A stretch of DNA of 63,331 bases, filler included, from Octopus bimaculoides (taxonomy: Eukaryota), in NCBI RefSeq assembly GCF_001194135.2. It is 4 parts of 4 records of this genome, joined end to end, with 100 filler letters (N's around TTAATTAATTAA, not from the genome) between each part and the next. Parts side by side here need not be neighbours in the genome. Positions count along the whole stretch, not along the records: positions 47,310 to 59,704 come from NC_069000.1; positions 59,805 to 63,331 come from NC_069007.1; 2 more parts are not named here. One strand, given 5' to 3'. The translations under genes and the position numbers were made by a program. The notes under the pieces were generated by a model. It made no database searches and was not told the origin of the DNA. It saw only the letters and a list, made by a program, of their open reading frames with translations. This document shows, in pieces, positions 51,700 to 63,331 of the stretch (position 1 is its first letter; the number at the start of each line of letters is the position of its first letter).

Positions 51700-52370
51700 T
51701 CTAAAAAAAATTAACCAGAACAACTCTGATCAGCAGCTGAAGAGGTAAGAGTGGTGGGGCGATAGTTGAGTTGTTTAGGGTCTAGTTCGAACTGGACATC
51801 CAAGATGTAGGACGAGTAGGATAGGTTGTCTCACCCAGAAATGAGCTAAGAGCAAGTTGTCCTTCAAAAGTCGGGAAGATGCGGTGAACATGCATGTTGC
51901 TTCTGTACCCGAGCGTCGTGCTTTTTGGTTTGACTAGACTCTAATGTCCGCGGTTTCGTGACTTGTGGAAACGGTGTGCTTCACTAGTCAGGCGATCCGT
52001 CTGCAGGGTGAAGCTGTTGGTGTGTCGTGACTGATGATACCCAGAGATGCCATGAGGTTGCGAGTTGAACAGCCGAGTCCAATGTGAAGTTTGCGCCACA
52101 GCTTTCCCTAGTCAAGAAGGACAGGCAATTTACTTGTGTGTAGCTTTTGTGAAAGATGTGTGCAGGAAGTGAATAAGGACAGATACTCTTCGATCAGGTC
52201 CTCAGTAACAACTTCAATGTTTACTTGGAGAATAAGGGGAGGTTCGAGAGACAGCTGATGCTCTTCAGTTAATTGGCTGAAGGTAGCAACTATGGTTGAA
52301 GTGAATGGGCCAATACTAGCATGCCTGAGGTACGATAATTGGGAGAAAGCACATAAACATGTCACCAGAG
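51700..52370 (-). mobile_element. GC-richer segment, possibly a decayed LINE ORF1-like relic
   Basis: Long near-open minus frame (EPPLILQVNIEVVTEDLIEEYLSLF..) with GC above the background; no diagnostic motif I can confirm. Confidence 0.25.
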
Positions 52371-52527
52371 TAATACAGTAGTATATAAGGAATTACTTGA
52401 TTGGCTCTAGGAGATATTCTTGGAACAGTAACATATTTTAAAACGGTTTACCAATTCATATCCGATTTCTATGGAAACCCTAAATTTCTGCAACCTATCC
52501 ATGTAATTGATTCTTATAATTATTTCT

Positions 52528-52750
52528 CGTAAGGCGACGAGCTGGCAGAATCATAAGCACGTCAGTAAAAATTATTAAGCCGCATTTCTCCTGACTCATT
52601 GCATTCTGAGTTCAAGCCCCGTCAAAATTATCTTTGCCTTCTGTCCTTTCCGGGTCGTTAAAAATAAGTTCCATTTGAAGACTATGGTAGATCTAATCGA
52701 CTAACCCAACCCCTAAAATCGCTGGTCCTGTGCCAAAATTTCAAACCATT
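52528..52750 (+). mobile_element. SINE family A copy, diverged
   Basis: AAGGCGACGAGCTGGCAGAATC..CTGAGTTCAAGCCCC..TCTTTGCCTTCTGTCCTTTCCGGGTCG. Confidence 0.75.
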
Positions 52751-53159
52751 GTTATTGTTTGTGCTGTCGAAACAGATTTCTTTTTTCCTTTTTATTTTCG
52801 AAAGTTGAGATTTACGAACTGGTTTTAAACGTACAAAAATTTCTATTGTTCTGTGTCGCACTGTACAACAAAGGTGTTTGCTTTTTATTCTTTCGCCTTT
52901 TTGAACAAGTGAAAGACTATATAATAAAACATTTTTGGTTTCGGGTTGCAACTTTCGTCGTTTTTTTAACAATATCGTCAAAGCAAGCAGAATACAATAA
53001 GTAAGGTAAAAATCATGAAGCATATAGTTTGCACCGATGCATAAACGTTTCAAAAGGATTTTAAAAATAGGACTTTTCAATCACCGAGAGTGCTTTTAAT
53101 GCCTCACTCGATATCAGCAACAACAGCCTTGGGTTAGGAAGAGTTCAAAGAAACCCGAT

Positions 53160-53430
53160 ACATCTCCTTGGCCTTCTTTGGAACAGGCGTGGTGGGTATT
53201 TCCACAGCATGGATTGTCTTTTTGTCTCTGGTTGAAAATCATGAAACCAACACTCATCCTGAGTTAGGGAACGTTCAAGGAAACTAGCTGCATCTACCTC
53301 AAACAATGTCAGATTTTCCCGTGATGTGATCAGACTGGTATGTTTTTGATCTAGTGTCAGAAGACGCAGCAGTCTGCGAGCTGAAACTTTCATGTCGAGT
53401 TCATTGTGCAGAATATTCTCAATTCTCTTA
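53160..53430 (-). mobile_element. mariner transposase central relic
   Basis: RIENILHNELDMKVSARRLLRLLTLDQK..FLERSLTQDECWFHDFQPETKRQSMLWK (WVPRLL linker and TGDE-type first Asp). Confidence 0.85.
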
Positions 53431-53799
53431 AGGAATATTCTCAACTACCTCATGGAATATTCTCAACTCTCACTCCCTTTCTCTCCCTCTCTCTCTTTCC
53501 CTTTCTCCGTATCCTTCTCTCTCTCTCTCTCTCTCAATGCAAATAGCATTGGCTATTTGATTTAAAGTGGGAAAATATAACTCAGCTCATATTGCTTCAA
53601 ACAGAGAATCTCTAAAACTGGACAAGGATGAAACCCAGGACAAGCTAGAGCAATGTTGCGTTAGCAAAGTCTCAGTCATTTTTATCGACGAATTTTGTCG
53701 ACAAATGATAAAGAGAAAGTTGATTAATCTATGCCTCACTCAAAGTGGAGCAGGTTTGCAGCTTATAGTCAATGAAGTAATTGAGAGAAGTTGTGGGTG

Positions 53800-54370
53800 T
53801 TGCATGAGGTAGTATGGCATCTATCTGCCGTGGCAAATACGTCGGAAACATTGACACGTTCTTTAAAACCGATGCCTAGGTAGAACGTTAGGCACACAAT
53901 CCAATATATGAGCAGACGCAATGCAATACTGACTGTAAGGAATTTTGATAGCAACATGATCCCACTGGAGCAATATTGGTTGGCGATAAGAACAGAGATC
54001 ACGAAAAACAACATTTCGTTCGAAGCAGTCACTGAAGATAACCAAATTTTTGTGGTCTCTGAAGACTAAAGAGCCATTCCAGAACTCTACCCTGTCATAA
54101 ATGCAGAATAGAAGGTATGCTGTTATAGTTATTGCAGTATGCGCCACATAGAACTTTCTGTCATGTAAAGTTAAGAGACGTCGAAAACAGAAAGAGACGG
54201 AGGATGCCGTTTGAACAGTATCGCCAGTTGGAATTTCAGAATTGCCTCTTAAATCGCTTACTCCTTGATCTAAGGAAATGGCCAGGAAACTGAAGAGCCT
54301 GTCCTCTCTGTCATGGCTAGCAGTGACTGCAAGAGATATGGAGGAGGAGTGGTCTACAGCAGAAAGAGCA
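53800..54370 (-). mobile_element. Possible decayed RNase H-containing LINE segment
   Basis: About 170 open codons, with FRDHKNLVIFSDC resembling the non-LTR RNase H IFSDS motif and a later GIGFKERVN resembling GIxGNExAD. Other catalytic motifs are not recognisable. Confidence 0.25.
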
Positions 54371-54415
54371 GCGAGCATACACACGCATACATACATACAT
54401 ACATACATACATACA

Positions 54416-54449
<34 letters not shown>

Positions 54450-54547
54450 CATATATACATACATATATACATACATACATATATTTCATCATGTTAAACC
54501 GTTAATCCCGACACCTTCTTTTCTCTCTCCATTTTTTCCTCTCATCC

Positions 54548-54583
54548 CTTTCTGTGGAAGATCGTAGGCTCGAAACGACAAAG
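54548..54583 (+). ncRNA. Degenerate (probably inactive) minimal hammerhead-like motif
   Basis: CTTT-CTGTGGA-A-GATC-GTAG-GCTC-GAAA-CG-AC-AAAG. The topology fits, but A6 and U16.1 are substituted and helix II has a mismatch. Confidence 0.35.
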
Positions 54584-56289
54584 ACTTTTCCATTCTTCTC
54601 GATCGTCAAGTTAGAACACCAGCTTGTTGTTCCCTCAATTGTTTTTGTCTTCTGTTCTCTGTACATTTGAACTTTGTTCTTACTCTTTTCGCTATCACTT
54701 TAACATACGGAGAAAGTAATTTGCTTAAGTTGAGGCTTATGAATACAAAAGTTCTAACATTTAAAAGCTTAGCAATTTCAAAACTTTGAAAATCGACCGT
54801 TGACAAACCAAATTATTATATATAAAAAAAAGTATGTTATGAGACAGAGAGGCAGGCAAAAATAAGGAATAGGGGGAGGGAGTAAGTAATATAATATGAA
54901 AGGAGAAGGTGAAAGAGAAAGCACAAAAAAGTGAAAAATACAGAAGAAAAAGAAAAAAGGTTGAAGAGAAATATCACAGAATAATGAACAGGGAAATGGG
55001 GAAGAAAAATAAGAAGTAATATTTGCAAGCGTTAGATTATAACGTGTATACGCGTACTTTAGATGTATGGTGATTCAGTAATATTGGTTGTAAGCAAACA
55101 AGGAAAGTATGTATGCATTTGAAAAGGAAGGATACTATAAGAGTAATATAATTATTAAAATAGTAAATGTGAAGAATTCGAAGCAAAATCATATGTGTAA
55201 CCACGAAAGAATATTTGTATGAAAATATAAGAACTATAAAAATATAGATGAGGAAAAAAGTAAAGGAAAAACTAAGAAGACATGATTAAGGTAGAGGTAG
55301 AAAGTAAGAACAGAACAGCATGAGAGGGGAGGAAAATCAACATACATAAACATACTGAGTAGAGAGTGATAAAGGGATTAGTATCCTTATATATTTATAT
55401 ATTTATAGGGGGGCTGCAAAAGCAGAGAAAGAAAAGAAAAATGGAAAGAAAGCAAGGGCATACTTAAATATTAACAGTACATATGGATTAGTACTTATAG
55501 AACAGAAAGTGTGCACGGCTTCTGAAGTCTCCAATTACAGCCGAAACTCGGATCAGGTCATTCACTTTTTCTTTGCACGAAGAGAAATACGCAAAATAGG
55601 CACATGTTTACATGTGTCATTATAGTGTTTGTTTTTTTTTGCATATTTACATAGTTTCGGGTAAATCTTGTATTGTTTATAAACGAATACATTATTCATC
55701 CCATAACTCACGTGATTAATGCACATTTTAGTATACAATAGACAACGATCAATAAAGAAAACAAAGTTACGTTGTTTTCCTAATTTTGAGAAGATTCCAT
55801 TGAACCATAATGTTAGAATTTACAGATGCGTTTCCGTTAACAGAACTGAGCTTGCAGGATGCTTACTCAAATCCTTCCAAAAAAAAAACCTATCAAAATC
55901 TTTCAAAGAAAATGAAAAAATTGTATCTATGAAGAAAAATATATTCAACATGACGGTAAAATAAAATTTTGTAGCAAATACTTGTTTTGATTACGACATT
56001 TCGAAACCAGATTATACTTTCATTTGAATAAACTGAATGTCAATTTGATGTAATTTTTGTGGTGCACAAGTTTCCTGATCTTCAACCATAACGCATTAGA
56101 GAGATGCTGTTTCATTTCTCGAAATGTCGAAAAATGATAAGTTTTAAGGATACCTTTTCATAAGAGTATGTGTCATTATACCTAAATAACAGTCATCTTC
56201 GCTTTTATACATTACACTAGCTCTTTGCTGAGACATTCTCCACGAAGTAGAAATGAGTTATATAACATTGTAGATAGACAGACAAACAC

Positions 56290-56297
56290 AGACAGAC

Positions 56298-56368
<71 letters not shown>

Positions 56369-56480
56369 CAAACACATATCAGGAGAGAGAGAGAGAGAGA
56401 GAGGGACGAGAGAGAGAAGGGACGAGAGAGAGAAGGGACGAGAGAGAGAGAGAGTGGGGACGAGAGAGTGGGGACGAGAG
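56290..56480 (+). repeat. (GATA)n, (GA)n and GGGACGAGAGA-type minisatellite units flanking a gap
   Basis: Direct observation; same unit resumes at 56760. Confidence 0.9.
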
Positions 56481-57335
56481 NNNNNNNNNNNNNNNNNNNN
56501 NNNNNNNNNNNNNNNNNNNNNNNNNNNNNNNNNNNNNNNNNNNNNNNNNNNNNNNNNNNNNNNNNNNNNNNNNNNNNNNNNNNNNNNNNNNNNNNNNNNN
56601 NNNNNNNNNNNNNNNNNNNNNNNNNNNNNNNNNNNNNNNNNNNNNNNNNNNNNNNNNNNNNNNNNNNNNNNNNNNNNNNNNNNNNNNNNNNNNNNNNNNN
56701 NNNNNNNNNNNNNNNNNNNNNNNNNNNNNNNNNNNNNNNNNNNNNNNNNNNNNNNNNNNGGGACGAGAGAGAGAAAGGGGGACGAGAGAGAGAGAGACTA
56801 ATAATTAAAAAGTTTAAAAGAGCAAGATAGGTTTGGTTTTTTTTTCTTCTTTTCTTTTTTGCAGATTGAATATTTTAGCTAAGGCATGTCCTTACTCTGG
56901 GGTTTTCCAGACATTGTGGCCGCTGTACGACTGATTACTCAGGAATAGCTTCGCTATGACTAACTTCTCATCATATAACCTGCACAGACTACAAAATAGT
57001 CACTTAATGCAAAATAGTATAAAACTATTTTATAATATTTGGGATTATCAGCTTGATTTATTTTGGTCCAAGCTTTTTACCAAGATCTACTACAAGACTG
57101 CATTTGCGAATGCAGACTTAATTATGTTTTTATGTAGCTATATATGTGTTTGTTAACTTTATTGTCACTAGATAGTTATTGTCTTGGTACACCAGTAAAT
57201 GCGTGCTTCTGTGTTGGTGCATTCCTGTAATCTTGTATCTTAACACTTATAGGTTGGTATATGTGTGCTTGGGTATGCATGTATACACACACACACACAC
57301 ACACACACGCATATATACACACATATATACACTGT

Positions 57336-57397
<62 letters not shown>

Positions 57398-57768
57398 TCA
57401 AACACAATGTACCTTCACATATGCGATATCTTTTGTTTCGAAATAAATATGATAATATAAACTGTTCATAAGTAAATCTGAGGGTATGTGTGTGTATTTG
57501 TGAATGTGCGCGCGCATGTACAACACCATCACACTGATACATACACACACATACACATATACACGGACGTACACATAAACTTAAGAGGTGCTTGCTCCAG
57601 CAAGGCCGGAACTTCCCTCGAGCTATAACTAGAAAAAGAATTTAAAAATTCAATGTATGTATATGCGTATTTATGTTTTTCGTGTAGCCCTCATTAGTGT
57701 AGTCGTCTCTCATTCTTGTAATATCACCTATACCCATACTTTCTATCACCTCCGTCTCTCTCTCTCTC

Positions 57769-57876
<108 letters not shown>

Positions 57877-59245
57877 CCCCTCGCTTGGTGTTCTGACAAT
57901 TTCATTTTATGTTCTGCTGTGAAGACAGTAATTCGGTATACCAACACGCATTCCAGATTCCATCTTTCCTGTCTGTTTATTTTGGATGGAGTCCTACACA
58001 GCAGCAAAACTAGGCTATTCGTTTCTTTACTTCTGTCAATACTTGCATACGTATTTCTCTTATCAGCTATGGCGGAGATGTCGTCTGCTTACCGTTATAG
58101 ACCGTTGTAGCAGCTTAGTTTTTCATTATTTCTATTCTGTTTGTATCCATTTTCTTTGGGTATCTTTTGTTTTCTACTTTCTTTTTCTTTCTAAGCATTA
58201 TTTCTTACATTTTGGAAATATTTAATAGAATATGAAATTATTTCTGTTACAAACTTTTGTCTGTAACTGCATGTGTTTCTGTATATGTACACTCACATAC
58301 ACACAGAGGAACATACACACACAAGTACACACAAACACACACAGATATACACACCTATATAAAAGACAAATGCCTGCCTCTCAGTCATTTCAGTGATTTT
58401 TGTAATGAAATATGTTTTGATACTATGGCAATTGTAAAGTTGTGTATACCGTTTTTCAACGCCAAGAAATTATTTTAACTGAAGTTGTATCCCTTCGCTA
58501 ATTTTTGTTGTCTTGTTCTTTTTATCTTTTAGCTTTTTTCCCTCATTTATGTTGGTCATGATATTTTAATTTCTTAAGATATCAATTCGGTTTACATAGA
58601 AAAATTTTGACACGCGTGTATATTTCTTCGACACATACACTTTATTGTAATTCCTAATTAATTTCCCATATTTCTTCTCCGACACATTTGTTCAAATGTT
58701 CTATGTTGATGTAACTATATTTTTTTTACTTTAATACATACATACATATTACATACATACATATATTCATTCGTACATACATTCCCATAACGTATATTTA
58801 GCTACATACATCCTAGTATATCTATATATGTTAAAATGTATATATATATAATGTATATATAATGTTCCAAATTGTATGTTCCAGCTTTACACCTAAAGAC
58901 TACGACACTGAAAACGAGGAACATCTTTTCTTTCAAGAAGAATGTTATATACTGTGACTTTTTTCTGAACTTTGTTCTTGTTAGCACTAGAGTTTACACT
59001 CGCCACAGCCGCCATGGATTTTGTGAAAATTTACAAATAGGAACCATATGGGAAGTTCTCAGATCCATCATCATCACTTCTAGAAATTCATAGCATAATT
59101 CATATTTCGTGGATTAAGTCATGGTGCCGTGTGCTGCTGCCTTCTTACAATGGGCAAAGTCAATCATACGATATATCATATGATGCGATATGATTTGTTT
59201 GTGTTTGTGTGTATGTATGTATGCATATATACATATATATATATA

Positions 59246-59290
<45 letters not shown>

Positions 59291-59444
59291 GTATATATAC
59301 ACATATGCACATATATATGCCTCTATCTCGCTCTCTCTCTCTTTACACACACGCACGCACACATATTATATATTATATATATATATATATACGTATGCAT
59401 TATGTATGTATGTATGTATGTATGTATCTTTTTTATTTATTTCA

Positions 59445-59615
59445 GTCATTGGACTGTTGCCGTGCTGGGACACCGCCTTGAAGAATTCTAGTTGAATGAG
59501 TCGACCCCAGTACTTATTTTAAAGCCTTGTACTTATTCGATCAGCCACTTTTGCCGAACAACTTAGTTACAGGGACAAAAACTCACCAACACCGGTTCTC
59601 AAGCAGTGGAGGGGG
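59445..59615 (-). mobile_element. SINE family B-type tail
   Basis: TTTCAGTCATTGGACTGTTGCCGTGCTGGGACACCGCC..GACCCCAGTACTT..TTAGTTACAGGGAC. Confidence 0.75.
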
Positions 59616-59847
59616 AGACAAACACTGACAGAAAGGCGCGCGCACACACACATATACACACAGACGCACACACACATATACACACACACATTATATAATA
59701 TATANNNNNNNNNNNNNNNNNNNNNNNNNNNNNNNNNNNNNNNNNNNNTTAATTAATTAANNNNNNNNNNNNNNNNNNNNNNNNNNNNNNNNNNNNNNNN
59801 NNNNAGAGAGAGAGAGAGATAAATAGATAGATAGATAAAAATATAGG

Positions 59848-59896
<49 letters not shown>

Positions 59897-61045
59897 GGAT
59901 AGATAGATAAAAATATAGGTAGATAGATAGATGGATAGCAAGAGACAGTGAGAGACTACAACCACCAACTGGAACACCAGCGACACCACTATCTAAACTA
60001 ACTTCCACCCACCGCCACCACCACTGGTACTTCTATCACCAATATACTTAAATACCACTGCCTTCCCTATCATTTTAACCACCACCACAACCAGCAAGAA
60101 GAATGTCACCACCTTCCCCGTCGTGAACCGAACACAAACACCAGTAGGACTGTTACCATAGTAACGAACTTTTGAACCTTCACTCGTAGATCATCATTTC
60201 ACCAGTCGCCGGCGCCCCGCCCCGTCCCTTGTCACAGTGGCTCGCACACACATACACACATGTAGACATACACTCTTACACACACACACACTTACACATA
60301 CATAGAAGCACAGACTGAAGGCGTTGAAAAAACATCTCCACCGCCACCGTGACATCTACGCCGTCGCCTCTGTGGGTCTCCTTCCTTTCACCGACGCCAC
60401 CACCCACCAGAATTAATCTCTACACCACGTGGTAATAATAAGACACTAACANNNNNNNNNNNNNNNNNNNNNNNNNNNNNNNNNNNNNNNNNNNNNNNNN
60501 NNNNNNNNNNNNNNNNNNNNNNNNNNNNNNNNNNNNNNNNNNNNNNNNNNNNNNNNNNNNNNNNNNNNNNNNNNNNNNNNNNNNNNNNNNNNNNNNNNNN
60601 NNNNNNNNNNNNNNNNNNNNNNNNNNNNNNNNNNNNNNNNNNNNNNNNNNNNNNNNNNNNNNNNNNNNNNNNNNNNNNNNNNNNNNNNNNNNNNNNNNNN
60701 NNNNNNNNNNNNNNNNNNNNNNNNNNNNNNNNNNNNNNNNNNNNNNNNNNNNNNNNNNNNNNNNNNNNNNNNNNNNNNNNNNNNNNNNNNNNNNNNNNNN
60801 NNNNNNNNNNNNNNNNNNNNNNNNNNNNNNNNNNNNNNNNNNNNNNNNNNNNNNNNNNNNNNNNNNNNNNNNNNNNNNNNNNNNNNNNNNNNNNNNNNNN
60901 NNNNNNNNNNNNNNNNNNNNNNNNNNNNNNNNNNNNNNNNNNNNNNNNNNNNNNNNNNNNNNNNNNNNNNNNNNNNNNNNNNNNNNNNNNNNNNNNNNNN
61001 NNNNNNNNNNNNNNNNNNNNNNNNNNNNNNNNNNNNNNNNNNNNN

Positions 61046-61450
61046 GAAAGCCTTGTGCGTAGATTTGGTAGACGGAAACAGAAAGAAGCCCATCACACAC
61101 ACACATGTATGTATGTATAGCCGTGTGGTAAGAAGTTTGCTTCCCAACTATATGGTTTCGGGTTCAGTCCCATTGCGTGCTACCTTAGCTTCTTTCAGTT
61201 TCCGTCTACCAAATCCACTCACAAGGCTTTGGTCGGCCCGAGGCTATAATAGAAAACACTTGCCCAAGGTATGAGTCTATCGATTTGTGTCTGTTCCCTT
61301 ACGGCTTGACAACCGGTGTTGGTTTGTTTGCATCAGCGTAAGGTAGCGGTTCTGCAAAACAGTACCAGACTTCAGAAAACACTTAAAGTACCTACTCGAC
61401 TAAACTCTCGAAGGAGGTGCTCCAGTATGGCCACAGTCCAGTAACTGAAT
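61046..61450. mobile_element. Rearranged SINE family B cluster with an internal inverted repeat
   Basis: 61047-61089 and 61188-61230 are reverse complements, around a + strand head at 61122-61187; a diverged tail follows at about 61270-61450. Confidence 0.8.
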
Positions 61451-62611
61451 ATGTAAAAGCTAGAAGAAAGATGAATTATCGTTTAATCCCAGGTCAAACA
61501 CGGCTGAATAGGGATAATGATCAAAGATCACCCGGCCATGACATTCCCAAATTATTTCTAAAGGCATTGTGTATCGAGAAGTACATTAACCAATGTGTTT
61601 GTCCTTCGTTGTTTAAGCCATTAACGCGTAATTTGAGGGCGCTTTGGTTGCTATTATTAGCAGGTCTGTCGACCACATAGAGGCTCTCTTTGTTAATTAC
61701 TTCCCGCTGTGGTGTGAGTTCAATCCTCGTTGGGATTCCACTTTGCGTCTTTTGTCCCTCAGGGGTCGTAAAAGGAAAATCAAATTTCCATTTCAAGTGC
61801 TGTTTATCACTTGGAGGCGAAACAATAACAGCTACTACTACTACTACTACTACTACTGTTGCTGCTGCTGCTGCTACTACTACTATTACTACTACTACTA
61901 CTATCATTCTAATACTATTACTACTGCTGCTACTAACATTTATAAATTTGCCACTATAACCACCACAGATATCAGCACCACCTCCACCTCCACCGCCACT
62001 TCTATAACNNNNNNNNNNNNNNNNNNNNNNNNNNNNNNNNNNNNNNNNNNNNNNNNNNNNNNNNNNNNNNNNNNNNNNNNNNNNNNNNNNNNNNNNNNNN
62101 NNNNNNNNNNNNNNNNNNNNNNNNNNNNNNNNNNNNNNNNNNNNNNNNNNNNNNNNNNNNNNNNNNNNNNNNNNNNNNNNNNNNNNNNNNNNNNNNNNNN
62201 NNNNNNNNNNNNNNNNNNNNNNNNNNNNNNNNNNNNNNNNNNNNNNNNNNNNNNNNNNNNNNNNNNNNNNNNNNNNNNNNNNNNNNNNNNCCGCTACTAC
62301 TACTACTACTACTGCTGCTGTAAAGCATTCCAATACTAACCCAACAGAATTCCTTCCCTGTACATACAAAAAAAAAGGAGAAATTAGAGGAGTTTGCGGG
62401 GACAAAAGACACCGCCTCCCCACCAGCTACCCTCACTTCCATCTACCCGTGTCCCCACCCACTACCCTACTTACCCGCAGCTGAACCCTACCTGCCTATC
62501 TTCCACCTCTTCCCCTACATACCCACTTTTCTATCTACTGCCCTGTATTATAAAGGCCATTAAGAAGCTCTCAGGGCCGTCGGTTTTTTTATTTCACGCT
62601 TCGTCGACCAG

Positions 62612-62648
<37 letters not shown>

Positions 62649-62941
62649 TATCTCTCTTTCTGTATTCCCCCCCTCTCTCTCTGTCATTCTTCTCCCTGTC
62701 TCCCCGTCTGCCTCTCTCTCTATCCTTCATTTTCTCTCTGTTTCTCTCTCTCAGTTTCTTCCGTCTTGAGTCTCTCTCTTTCTTTCTCTCTATCTTATGA
62801 AGATTTCTTTCTGTGTCACTTCTCTATCTCTGTCTGTCCGTCGGTCTGTCTGTCTGACTGTCTCTCTTTCTTTCTCTCTCTCCGTCACTCTCTTTCTCTC
62901 TTTGACTTTCTATCCCTCTTTTCTCTCTCTGTCAGACTCTT

Positions 62942-62978
<37 letters not shown>

Positions 62979-63331
62979 CTCTTATTTCTCTTTCTCCCCT
63001 TCGCCCTTTTCTTCATTCTGGGTCTAATAATCACAAATCTAGTCTTACATACACATCCACACAAAAACACACATTCACTCACATACACACGTACACACCC
63101 ATACACGCATACACATACATATACATGGTCTGATACGACCAACTGCTCGATTCTAAAGAAGAACGGAGGACGGGTTTCATAGACTGTTTTTCGGTGTCTG
63201 TTCTGGTTCACTGATTTCCAAGTTCAAACCCCACCGAAGACAAGTTTGCGTTACATCCTTTTGGAGTTTGATAAAGAATGCTCTAGCAATACCTCACTTT
63301 ACGATGCCCCGCTTTACGAGGGTTCACTAAT

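Noticed and set aside
59005-59040. Perfect Kozak GCCGCCATGG
   Set aside because: The ORF is only 8 codons (MDFVKIYK*); no supporting exon context.

Overview
Eukaryotic, AT-rich, microsatellite-dense genomic DNA with many N gaps. The tRNA-head SINE families and repeat landscape look like an octopus/cephalopod draft assembly (inference, not verified). I cannot support any intact host protein-coding gene. Nearly all ORF-track entries are translations of microsatellites, N gaps or transposon relics, so the window reads as intergenic or deep intronic, with a few unproven exon candidates. Recognisable content: several Tc1/mariner relics (one full-length Tc1 with TIRs and TA TSD, one fold-back mariner), two Penelope-like (PLE) GIY-YIG fragments, a Helitron 3' end, RTE- and CR1/Jockey-like LINE relics, and many SINE copies, two with 15-16 bp TSDs. 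The most interesting region is 26.1-31.6 kb. Read by eye, it holds two different, well-formed type I hammerhead ribozyme motifs on the + strand (29712-29781 and 30087-30174). Both have palindromic minimal helix III and unusually long helix II, and their predicted cleavage sites are 393 nt apart. One overlaps a 244-bp inverted duplication, and the adjacent Penelope endonuclease carries a ~424-nt low-complexity insert between its GIY and YIG motifs. Weaker hammerhead-like motifs lie at 26127-26167 and 54548-54583. All structures and family assignments are manual and need computational and experimental checks.
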